The position numbers and the translations under genes are program-made. The notes below the pieces were generated by a model, which worked only from the letters and a program-made list of their open reading frames with translations, had not been told where the DNA came from and did not search any database. From a virus (Duplodnaviria > Caudoviricetes), in the IMG/VR virus record IMGVR_UViG_3300013105_000022, positions 32,001 to 96,000 of that record: a DNA stretch of 64,000 nt; one strand, written 5' to 3'. Positions 40,940-50,500 of the stretch are shown piece after piece (positions within the stretch are counted from its first letter, which is position 1; every line of letters starts with the position of its first letter).

Positions 40940-41642
40940 GACTCTGTTCATCACAGCCGCTAACCGTCCGGGCTATTTCAGAGAAGTGATGAACTCCTGG
41001 CGTATGGTGCGTGGCTTCTACGACTGGAAGGTAGTCATCCGCCTAGAGCCGAGCGACTACGTTCCCGAGCACCTAGCCATCATCGAAGAGCTAGAGCATG
41101 AGCACATCCAGGTCATCGTCAACCCTCAGGTCTACGGTGTTCTTCATCACCCCTGGGTGGGGTTCAACGATCTTTTCCAGTTCTCCGAGTTCGTCGTCCG
41201 TGCTGAGGACGATCTGCTCGTGACAGACGACATCCTAGAGTACTTCGAGTGGGCCGCAGAGCAATACCGAGACGATCAGGACGTGGCCGCTGTCATTGGC
41301 TTCACACCGGCCAACCTTGTAGGCGGCGCAAGAGACATCGAGCGCACCCAGTCGTTCTCGCCGTGGGTGTGGGGAACCTGGCAGGATCGCTGGGACGAGT
41401 ACATTCGCGACACATGGGACCACGACTACTCGACGTTCAACGAAGCTCCAGGATTCCAGGCCGGATGGGATTGGAACCTAGACACTCGTGTCCTTCCGCG
41501 CCTGGGTAAGTCCTGTGTGCGACCGTACCTCTCCCGCGTCCAGAACATCGGTGTGCACGGCGTTCACGGCACCCCAGAGAACTTCGTACAGGCTGTAAGG
41601 TGGCTTCCTCACCTAGACTCCGTAGAGTACCAAGAGCGATAG
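40932..41642 (+). CDS. glycosyltransferase, GT-A fold
   Basis: NRP.Y, AEDDL, PWVWGTW.DRW, GWDW, SRVQNIG. Confidence 0.75.
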   Translation: MRKTLFITAANRPGYFREVMNSWRMVRGFYDWKVVIRLEPSDYVPEHLAIIEELEHEHIQVIVNPQVYGVLHHPWVGFNDLFQFSEFVVRAEDDLLVTDDILEYFEWAAEQYRDDQDVAAVIGFTPANLVGGARDIERTQSFSPWVWGTWQDRWDEYIRDTWDHDYSTFNEAPGFQAGWDWNLDTRVLPRLGKSCVRPYLSRVQNIGVHGVHGTPENFVQAVRWLPHLDSVEYQER

Positions 41643-41650
41643 TAGTAGAT

Positions 41651-42115
41651 ATGAGTGAAGAGACTGACGCCCTACGAGACCTAGACGCCGCCCCAGCGAA
41701 TCCGCTAGACGGCATCTTCGTCCTGCCTGGACACATTGCCGCAGACCCGCTCATCCAGGGTTGGTATGACGAGATGGTAAGGCAACTCCGTAGGGAGGCT
41801 GAGGGTATCCCTATGAAGGCCGCTCAGTTCACGCTAATGGAGCGAATCGCTTACTTCTACGCCAACATGCGCTACCAGGAACTGAACGATCCTGACATGT
41901 CTGATCGTCAGCGCCAGGCCAACATTTCTACATGGCAGACGATGCTTGACCAGTTCAACCGTCTCCTGGAGAAGCACAACGACAAGCTAATGAACGAGAT
42001 GGTCCTGAAGGTTCAGGAGATTCTAAAGAATCGTCTCGCGCTCATCTCCGACCCTTCTGAGAGGGCCGCACTCCGCCGCGCATACGCGGAGGACTTCGCA
42101 AACCTCGACCTCTAA
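41651..42115 (+). CDS. putative terminase small subunit
   Basis: Helical, upstream of terminase large; leaderless behind GCGATAGTA; call is positional. Confidence 0.45.
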   Translation: MSEETDALRDLDAAPANPLDGIFVLPGHIAADPLIQGWYDEMVRQLRREAEGIPMKAAQFTLMERIAYFYANMRYQELNDPDMSDRQRQANISTWQTMLDQFNRLLEKHNDKLMNEMVLKVQEILKNRLALISDPSERAALRRAYAEDFANLDL

Positions 42116-42279
42116 GGAGAGACCATGTGTGACGGTAAGTGTGATTGTGAGACAGGACCCCAGGAGGCTCAGCGCCTTCAGCGTGACGCTACGAAGTCTC
42201 GCGCCGATGGACCACTGGGACCTGTAGTAGACCCTGAGGATAACGACAAGCCTCAGCCAGGAACAGAGGATGTGCCAGT

Positions 42280-42576
42280 ATGAGCGGCATGATGGAACAC
42301 GAAGACTTCTACTTCGCTATCAAGCTTTCTAGCTCAGCTTCTCTGGATGAATCACCTAAGCACAACTGGGTTGAGGATGCCGGTGGGCTTCCTCCCTATG
42401 TTCGAGAACTCGCCCGAGGCATCATGAAGAGCGGAAAGAGTAAGTCGCAGGCAATTGCTATTGCCATCAGCCGCATCAAGAAGTGGGCCTCGGGCGGGGA
42501 TGGCGTTGATCCGGATACTCGTGCAAAGGCCGCGAAGGCTCTGGCACAGTGGGAAGCACTAAAGGCCAAGAAGTAG
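42280..42576 (+). CDS. small putative head-associated protein
   Basis: NWVEDAGGLPPYVRELA...AIAIAI..IKKWA; N-terminal IKLS motif. Confidence 0.55.
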   Translation: MSGMMEHEDFYFAIKLSSSASLDESPKHNWVEDAGGLPPYVRELARGIMKSGKSKSQAIAIAISRIKKWASGGDGVDPDTRAKAAKALAQWEALKAKK

Positions 42577-42610
42577 AACATTTGGGCGAATGTACTGCTA
42601 AGATGGTAGT

Positions 42611-44506
42611 ATGTCCAAATTCATGACCATGCATGAGTTCTTCAGCGAGCCTGAAGAAACTCTACAAGAGGGAAGTCTAAGCTCTATCTTTGCCGAGGAG
42701 CCGGTAGACCTTCGTACCTTTATCCGAGACCCCAAATTCCTCGGACAGACGAACGTCGAGCTATCTCCAGAACAGGCGCGTGCCATTCAGGTAATTGAGC
42801 GTGTCTACTACCCAGACCTATATCCGCGCATGGCGGAAGAGTTCGAATTCGGTGAGTACTGGGGTCAGGACATCCCTAGCGCTAACCTCATCACTCTCCA
42901 GTGGGGTAAGGGTTCTGGTAAGGACGCCATTTGCCGTTGGGCCTCGCTCCGTGTGGCATATCTACTTCTCTGCCTCAAGTCTCCGCAGTTGTACTTCGAC
43001 ATGCCTGAGACTGACTCCATTCACCTTCTGAACATTGCCGCTAACGCTCCTCAGGCTAACCGAGCGTTCTTCAAGCCTATGACCACTGCCGTCAAGCAGG
43101 GATGGTTCAAGGGCAAGGCAATCATCCGTCAGGGTGAAATCGAGTACGACAAGAACATCTTCGCCGTGTCTGGTCACTCTGACGCTGAAGGTCAAGAAGG
43201 TCTGAACATCATGCTTGGTGTTGCTGACGAGATTGACGCCTTCAAGGCCAAGGATGAGATGGTCGGAACGGGTAAGAAGCTCCGTGAGGCTTCCACATCC
43301 GCTGAGTCGATTCTAGAAATGCTGAAGACCTCCGCATCTACTCGATTCCCGAAGACCTACAAGCGCGTAGCCATTTCCTACCCTCGCTACCTTGGATCGA
43401 CTATCCAGCAGTTGACCACAGAAGGTCGTGAGTCGAACGAGAAGTACGGCGCGCGCTCTATTCACTACGTCTCCGGACCCCTAGCTACTTGGGATGTCAA
43501 CCCCCGTATCTCTGGTAAGGAAGACTTCTTCGAGGACTATGAGAAGGACCCTGTAGGTTCTGCCGCCAAGTACGAGTGCAAGCCTTCCCGAGCTATCGAC
43601 CCGTTCTTCCGCAACATGGACATCTTCAAGCTGGCCGTGGATAACGATGTCATGCCTCTCACCATCGACTACAAGCCGGTGAACTACTACTCCCCTCACT
43701 ACCACCGCAATGTGCGTGGCTGGGAGCCGATCTTCCACTTCTCTCCTGACTTCAAGCCGATCCAGGGTGCTCGCTACGCACTCCACGGTGACCTTGCTAT
43801 CAAGGGTGACCGTGCCGGTATCGCTATGAGCCACGTCGAGAAGTGGGAACACTTCGACGCCACTCTGGTGGACAATGAGGGAGCGAACTATCAGAAGGAG
43901 ATTGTTCGTCCTCTGATTCGCAATGACTTCACCATCTCGTTCGAGGCTAAGGCTGAGGCACGAGACACCAATGGTGACCCACTTCCCCGCGAAATCCAGA
44001 TTCGATGGGTACGAATGCTGGCTGAAGAACTCCAGAACCGTGGATTCCCTATCAGCCTATTCACTTTCGACAGCTTCCAGTCTGCGGACACTATTCAGAT
44101 TTTCACGTCCCAGGGCGTGGAGTCAAACAAGGTATCTACCGACCGTGATCCATCCCTATGGTCGTCCCTCAAGGACGTAGCATCTGAGGGTCGTCTACGC
44201 ATGCCATTCGATCAGCTACTTATGAATGAGCTTGAGGCACTTTCTAGAATTGACAACGGAAAGGTAGATCATCCGCCGAACGGCTCTAAGGACTTGGCGG
44301 ACGCATTCTGTTGCTCAATCGCTGGTGCCATTGTCGTAGGTGGAGAGGAATCCCCCGATGGCGCGATAGTAGATGTCGGAGGCGCATACTTCATGACGGG
44401 TCCTGCGCTTAGCCCGCTAGAGGGCATGGACGACGTATCGCAGACGTTGGGCGATCCGATGGGTATGCCACTAGGATTCCCGGATAGAGGAACATATGGC
44501 TGGTAA
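42611..44506 (+). CDS. terminase large subunit
   Basis: GKGSGKD Walker A, VADEID Walker B, nuclease HGDLA, FDSFQS, DHP.NGSKDLADA. Confidence 0.9.
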   Translation: MSKFMTMHEFFSEPEETLQEGSLSSIFAEEPVDLRTFIRDPKFLGQTNVELSPEQARAIQVIERVYYPDLYPRMAEEFEFGEYWGQDIPSANLITLQWGKGSGKDAICRWASLRVAYLLLCLKSPQLYFDMPETDSIHLLNIAANAPQANRAFFKPMTTAVKQGWFKGKAIIRQGEIEYDKNIFAVSGHSDAEGQEGLNIMLGVADEIDAFKAKDEMVGTGKKLREASTSAESILEMLKTSASTRFPKTYKRVAISYPRYLGSTIQQLTTEGRESNEKYGARSIHYVSGPLATWDVNPRISGKEDFFEDYEKDPVGSAAKYECKPSRAIDPFFRNMDIFKLAVDNDVMPLTIDYKPVNYYSPHYHRNVRGWEPIFHFSPDFKPIQGARYALHGDLAIKGDRAGIAMSHVEKWEHFDATLVDNEGANYQKEIVRPLIRNDFTISFEAKAEARDTNGDPLPREIQIRWVRMLAEELQNRGFPISLFTFDSFQSADTIQIFTSQGVESNKVSTDRDPSLWSSLKDVASEGRLRMPFDQLLMNELEALSRIDNGKVDHPPNGSKDLADAFCCSIAGAIVVGGEESPDGAIVDVGGAYFMTGPALSPLEGMDDVSQTLGDPMGMPLGFPDRGTYGW

Positions 44507-46394
44507 GGACGACGAAGACAACAAGCTTGAGGCAGGCGAGGTCGCGGCTAACAACCCGAACGCCTTCCCAAAGCCGAAGGACAGTGAGCTTGGCATCGAA
44601 CTCGGTGTGGAGCAAAACCTGCCCTTTGCTGTACCCTTCAGCGACGGCCTTGGAAAGAAGGCACGCCAGGACAAGGAGCTACGAGAGCTTCTTCGTGACG
44701 AGTCCGAAGAGCAGGGTCCTTCTGTATCCCAGCTAATCGCTATGCGCCGTCTGGATGGTCAGGCTCGTGCTCTGTATCGTCTACTCACGCTCCCTCTGCG
44801 TGCCGCTCTCTCCAAGAGCACCTTCATCCCCGCCGATGGGGGAGAAGAAGAAGCAGAGTTCATCGATCACCAGTTCAACCTCCCACCGGCATCCGGTGGT
44901 ATGACTGTGACCTTCCACAGGTTCATGGCTCAGCTTCTCCAGGCTCTGTTCGACGGGTTCTCTCCTTTCGAGATGGTCTACGACTACTCTACGTACGGTC
45001 CTATGAAGGGCAAGTACTACCTGAAGAAGATGGCCTACCGCCAGCCAAACACCATCACCGTTATCGAGGACGAGGATGGCCACTTCGCTGGCTTCCGTCA
45101 GCGCGCCTACGCTAACGGCAAGGCTTACGATGTCGTGATCCCTCGCGAGCGTGCGTTCTACTTCGCCGCTCAAGAGGAAGAGCGCAAGTACTACGGTGTG
45201 AGCTTCTTCCAGAGTGCGTTCTACCACTACGACAAGAAGATCAAGATGTACTACATCGCCCACCTGGCCGCTCAGCGTGCCGCCGTGGGTACTCGTGTGG
45301 GTAAGTTCCCGACCAACATGTCTGAGATTCAGAAGCGCCAGTTCGCTCAGAACCTCTCCAACCTGGCCGTGGCACAGTGGATGCTCGTTCCGATGGACGC
45401 TGAGGTTGAAATCCTCAAGGACAGCGGTTCCTTCGCGTTCCTGGACTACATCAACCACCACAACCACATGATGGCTCAGTCCATCCTTGCGGGCTTCTTC
45501 GACTCTGACACAGGTACAGGCGAGAGTGACAACACTCTCGTCAAGTTCGGCACGCCTGGCGACACCATGTTCTTCCTGATGCTTCAGGCCATCATGGACG
45601 ACATCGCCAACTCGATCAACCACTACATCATCCCGCCGCTCATCGACTGGAACTTCTCGGGTGGAAAGTACCCGACATTCCAGTGGTCTGAGATTACGGC
45701 TGAGCAGAAGTCTCTCATCTACGAGACCTTCAAGACGCTCGCCAACGCCGAGACTGTATCCCCTGAGTTCACCCGTGAACTAGAAATCAAGATGGCCGAT
45801 GACATGGGCCTTGAGATTGACTGGGATGAGGTCGAAGCTCGCGAGGCCATTGAGAAGGAATCCGAGAACATGGTCAACGGTCTCGACGCAGACGGTAAGC
45901 CTCTGCCGAAGGACGCTATGGGCAACCCGATCCTCCCAGGTCAGGACAACCCGGATGCCGCCCTCCAGGCTTTCGAGACTCAGGCCGCTGGCGCTGGTGC
46001 CATTCCAGAGGCTACAGATGAAGAGAAGAAGGCTGTCAAGCTCTCTGCCGACGAGAGCCTACTAGACATGGCTTCTGACCTTCTGAAGCTCGCCCGTCCT
46101 ACCTCCGGCTCGTACCGAACGGTACGTACTCAGGAGGGTGCAGAGCGCTTCGACGTATCCATTGGTCAGCAGATTCCTGCTGGCGCTGGACGAGACGAAG
46201 AGGGCGGCAAGCGCAAGGTAACTGTCGAGCGTCTGATGTCTCTCCGTTCCCAGTTCGATGAGGCTAAGCGCGCCGGTAACCAGGCCGTTGCCGACAAGGC
46301 TATGGAAGCCCTGAAGAAGGCAGTCTACGACTACACAGGTTCCTGGTCTCCTTCCATGTTCATCCAGACGATGAAGAAGCTCCCGACTAAGTAA
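44496..46394 (+). CDS. portal protein with C-terminal extension
   Basis: Follows terminase; GFSPFE, YGVS, INHHN..MAQSIL, IPPLIDWNF (DUF935/Mu gp29-like). Confidence 0.85.
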   Translation: MAGKDDEDNKLEAGEVAANNPNAFPKPKDSELGIELGVEQNLPFAVPFSDGLGKKARQDKELRELLRDESEEQGPSVSQLIAMRRLDGQARALYRLLTLPLRAALSKSTFIPADGGEEEAEFIDHQFNLPPASGGMTVTFHRFMAQLLQALFDGFSPFEMVYDYSTYGPMKGKYYLKKMAYRQPNTITVIEDEDGHFAGFRQRAYANGKAYDVVIPRERAFYFAAQEEERKYYGVSFFQSAFYHYDKKIKMYYIAHLAAQRAAVGTRVGKFPTNMSEIQKRQFAQNLSNLAVAQWMLVPMDAEVEILKDSGSFAFLDYINHHNHMMAQSILAGFFDSDTGTGESDNTLVKFGTPGDTMFFLMLQAIMDDIANSINHYIIPPLIDWNFSGGKYPTFQWSEITAEQKSLIYETFKTLANAETVSPEFTRELEIKMADDMGLEIDWDEVEAREAIEKESENMVNGLDADGKPLPKDAMGNPILPGQDNPDAALQAFETQAAGAGAIPEATDEEKKAVKLSADESLLDMASDLLKLARPTSGSYRTVRTQEGAERFDVSIGQQIPAGAGRDEEGGKRKVTVERLMSLRSQFDEAKRAGNQAVADKAMEALKKAVYDYTGSWSPSMFIQTMKKLPTK

Positions 46395-46402
46395 GGGGCG
46401 CT

Positions 46403-47188
46403 ATGACCTCCTTCAAGGAGCAGATGCGAGTACACGAGGCCTCCAGGGAAGCAACCTCTGCCCTGGAGGCTGTGTCTCGTAGCGCCATCGAGCGTATCTT
46501 CTCCGAGTGGGAGTCAGACATTCATGATGCCCGTAGCGTGCGCTGGGAGCTAGAACGAGTAATTCGTAACGCCTACCGATCCAGCGCTAACGTAGCTCGT
46601 AACGTGGCCTCTGAATCCTCTGGCCTGCCTGACTGGTCATCTGCCGAAGTCTTCAACTCTTCCTACCTCCAGTCGCTGATCCTGGACGTTCGTCGCAACC
46701 TCCGTGACTACAAGAGCGGCAACCTCTCCAGGGAAGGTGCAGTCTCTCGAATCCAGCACTCTGCCGGTGTAGCCGCACAGCGTGGATACACGGATCAGAC
46801 CATCGCTTCCTACACAGAGCTTGAGGACTTCGGCCTGGAGCTACGCAAGTACTGGGTGGCCAACTTCGTCAACAACACCCCGTGCCCTGCATGCACGCGC
46901 CTACACGGCACGGCTGTGGGATTGCATGAGATGTTCCGCACGGAGACAGGCGAGCCTGGAGTCTACCGTGACCTCATTGGTCCTCCCCGCCATCCGAACT
47001 GCAAGTGCCGCCTCTACATCTTCGTGGTCTCGCTGGAGAACGCCTTTGAGTCTCCCAACTTCGAGAAGCCTCAGGAAGCTCCTCAGATGATGAGCACTGA
47101 CGACGTGAAGAAGATGCCGCTGTCTATCTTTGGAGCCGTCAGAGCGAGCCTGAGCGCCATTCTGAGCTTCCTACGAAAGGGACGCTGA
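46403..47188 (+). CDS. MuF-like minor head protein
   Basis: K.W...CPACTRLHG...PPRHPNCKC. Confidence 0.8.
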   Translation: MTSFKEQMRVHEASREATSALEAVSRSAIERIFSEWESDIHDARSVRWELERVIRNAYRSSANVARNVASESSGLPDWSSAEVFNSSYLQSLILDVRRNLRDYKSGNLSREGAVSRIQHSAGVAAQRGYTDQTIASYTELEDFGLELRKYWVANFVNNTPCPACTRLHGTAVGLHEMFRTETGEPGVYRDLIGPPRHPNCKCRLYIFVVSLENAFESPNFEKPQEAPQMMSTDDVKKMPLSIFGAVRASLSAILSFLRKGR

Positions 47189-47409
47189 TGCACTTCCAAT
47201 CCTCCCGTATCATGTTCGACTCCCTGGACGCCGCAGTGGAGGGACTACTGGTTGTGCTCGAAGACGCACGCGAGACAGTCTTCAAGTACAGCTTCGGTTC
47301 CCTATCCGCAGAACAGGTCTACGCCTCTGGTCTCATGCTCATCGGAGAGATTGAGGAAGTCACCCACAAGCTGGAGCAGATCGCGGGCACTACCCGGTAC
47401 GACGACTGA
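47188..47409 (+). CDS. hypothetical protein
   Basis: Coupled ORF. Confidence 0.55.
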   Translation: MHFQSSRIMFDSLDAAVEGLLVVLEDARETVFKYSFGSLSAEQVYASGLMLIGEIEEVTHKLEQIAGTTRYDD

Positions 47410-47507
47410 GCGCGATAGTAACGGTAAATCTTCTTTCCCCGCTAGAGAATTCTTCTTCAATCTTCTGGTATGATGGAGAGGTACGTCCAGAGACTTTAGG
47501 AGTCTGC

Positions 47508-50500
47508 GTGAGCACCGAACTAGAACTTGAGTTCATCGAACTAGCCGTAGGTAAGGGCCGTCGAGTCCAGACCGCTGAAGGTGCTAGGTTCTACGGTCAG
47601 CCTATTGGCACGCTCATCACGCCGGACATGATTAAGAAGGCGCGCTCTGCCGCCAAGGCAAAGGGCATCACCCCGCCCAAGGGTGGCCTCTCTCCGAAGA
47701 AGGCACCCCAGGTATCTGTAGGTGCTGGCAAGGCGTCTCCCGCTGGCAACTTCAATGCTGATCCATCCGCTGGAGCACCTGTAGGCGCTGACACTTCCGG
47801 CAAATTCCAGGTGAAGCCCTCCTCTATCAAGGGTCCTCAAGGATTCAAGGTCGGCGCTACTCAGTACTCCGCTCCTTCCGGCTCTAAGCTCATTCGTCCG
47901 AAGAATCAGGAAGAGTTCGCGTACGTCGTAACTCCGGATGGTTCTGTTCACGCCTTCACCGCCGCCGGTGAGCTAGACGTACCCGACTACCTAGAGCCTG
48001 TCCTTACGAAGAAGTTCAAGGACCTCAAGGGTGATGACACCCTCTACAAGGTAGACACCTTCGATGCCCCGTCCTCCTTGGCTGAGCAGAAGCCAGGCTC
48101 TACGCTGTCCAAGAACGGCAAGCCTCTGTTCAAGAAGCAGGCCAACGGCGTGTGGATGAACGAGGACATCGGTGCTGAGCTTACTGACGATGACCTACAG
48201 CGCCTCTACGATGGTGGTAGCTTCGATCTGGAGCCTGCCAACACTGTCGAGGACATCGACTTCTCAAAGCTGACTACTGACGAGCTTCAGGCCGCTCTTG
48301 AGGCTATGCCTGACGGCAAGCAGATGAAGTTCTCCAAGACTGTCGTAACCAAGAAGAACGGCAAGTGGAACTCCTCCGCCACAGGAAAGAACACTTCCTC
48401 TGAGGACCTGGCATACATGTCAGCAGGTACCGGCTCTATCACAGACAAGCTCGACAACCCTGAGGTAGCCCCAGAGCCTGGTAAGGCTGACAAGGCCGCT
48501 AAGGAGAAGGAAGCTTCTGACCCGCTTCGTAATCCAGAAAATGAGCTAAATGAGACAAATGCTCAGAAGAAGAAGGCGACAGAAGCCAAGGCTACGGGCG
48601 CGGAAATTCTAAAGTCCGAAGTCGGAGCAGTGGTATACCATGACGTTGCCGGTGCCCTCACCAAGCAGGACAATTCCACCTGGGAGAACACTGACGGAGC
48701 CTCCTTCGCAGAAGTAAATATTGTTGACTCTGCCAACATGGGTTACATCTCTAATGAGCCTTGGACTCCAGAGCAGAAGGATGCTAAGGAGAAGTTCGAC
48801 GCCGAGAACACCCTGACGGTTGGGGGCAAGGAGCTATCCACCGTAGGTAAGTTCGGTGAGAACGACCGCTCCGAGGCCATCAAGGCAGATGGCGGATCGA
48901 CACCGAACGTCTTCGAGCTAGAAGCTACTCCAGAGAACGTTAAGACGTTCCGTGACGCCATGCAGAAGTCGCTTGAGGGAAACCCTTACTCTGCATCCGT
49001 GTACGTCTACGACGAGTCCGACTACGCGGGTATGCGCCTCTTCCTGTCCGACGATGGAAAGAGCGGTATCGCCCTGCACGACGGAGACGAGATTGTCTCC
49101 GTCTTCAGCGACCCCAAGAGCAAGAACAAGAAGGTAGCTCGCCACCTAATCTCCGTAGCTGTGGAGAACGGTGGAAAGCGCCTAGACGCCTTCGACACAG
49201 TGCTACCGGGAATCTACGCTAAGGAGGGCTTCATTGTCAAGTCTCGCCTGAAGTGGGATGACGACTTCGCCCCGGAGAACTGGAACAAGGAAACCTTCAA
49301 GAAGTTCAACAACGGCGAGCCGGATGTTGTCTTCATGCAGTACGAGAAGGGCATGGAAGACCTCGACTACGAGCCGGGTTCCGGAGACTACGTAGATGAC
49401 TACGACAAGGGCCTAGCATCCACCGGCGGTAAGGCACAGGACGAGAACGACTATCGTCCTGAGATTGGCGACCCTGATAACGAAGAGAACAGCGTAGAGA
49501 CCACCAAGAGCGGCTACGTTGTCAACGATGAGGTCAAGTCTTCCCTAGCTGAGGGTAAGAAGATCAACGCCATCCTCAACCTGAAGAACTCCAACAAGGG
49601 GATGTCTCTGGCTGAGGCCAAGAAGGAAATCGACGCGATGGTTCTCGAAGGGTACCAGCCCGGAGACACCGTAAGTGGAAACATGCTCTGGGAGCTTCCA
49701 GAGGGTGCCAAGATCAAGACCGCTTCAGGTGGAGAGTTCACCAAGAACGAGAATGGCAACTGGGTCACCAAGAACGGTGGTGTCTTCTCTTCGAGCGATA
49801 TGTACGATGACGGTATGGATGCTGAGATTGTAAGCAACCCTGCCGCCAAGCAGAAGAAGATCGAAGCACCGAAGGTTGAAGAGCCTGAGGTTGATCCTGA
49901 TGAGGAGTTCCACAGCCTTCTCGAAGCGAATGAAGTCACAGTCGAGAAGCTGATTGACCTCAAGGCCGGAGACATCATCTCCAACGGTGAGTTTGAGTTC
50001 ACCAAGGATGAGAACGACAAGTTCGTCAACGACCAGTTCCTATACGAGTTCGACGCTGACGACTTCTCCCAGGACATCGACAATGGCAAGATTTCCATTG
50101 TCGAGCAGACCGGCTCTGACGATGAAGAAGCCGTAGATGCAGACACCGCAACTGTAGACGACCTCAAGGCTATGAAGCCGGGTGACTCCGTGAACATCGC
50201 GGATTTCAAGTACGTCATGAATGATGATGGGAAGCTGGTTTCGGACACGAGCGGGTGGCTGTTTGACCCGCAGGAATTCGAGCAGGACCTAAAGACGTGG
50301 GGTTCTAAGAAGAGTGACATCACTCCGTCTCAGACTGTCGAAAAGTACGGCGAGAACGGCAACGAGTTCCTTCCAGAGGCTCAGGCTAAGCAGGCCATCG
50401 AGTCCCTGGAAGCACACTCTGGTTTCCAGATCAAGTACGGACTGAAGTCTCTGCCTGAGGATCACCCGCTCAAGAACCAGGAGTACCTTGACGGGTACCT

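Noticed and set aside
42611-44506. Intein or intron in the terminase
   Set aside because: ORF is continuous with no intein splice motifs or LAGLIDADG blocks apparent.
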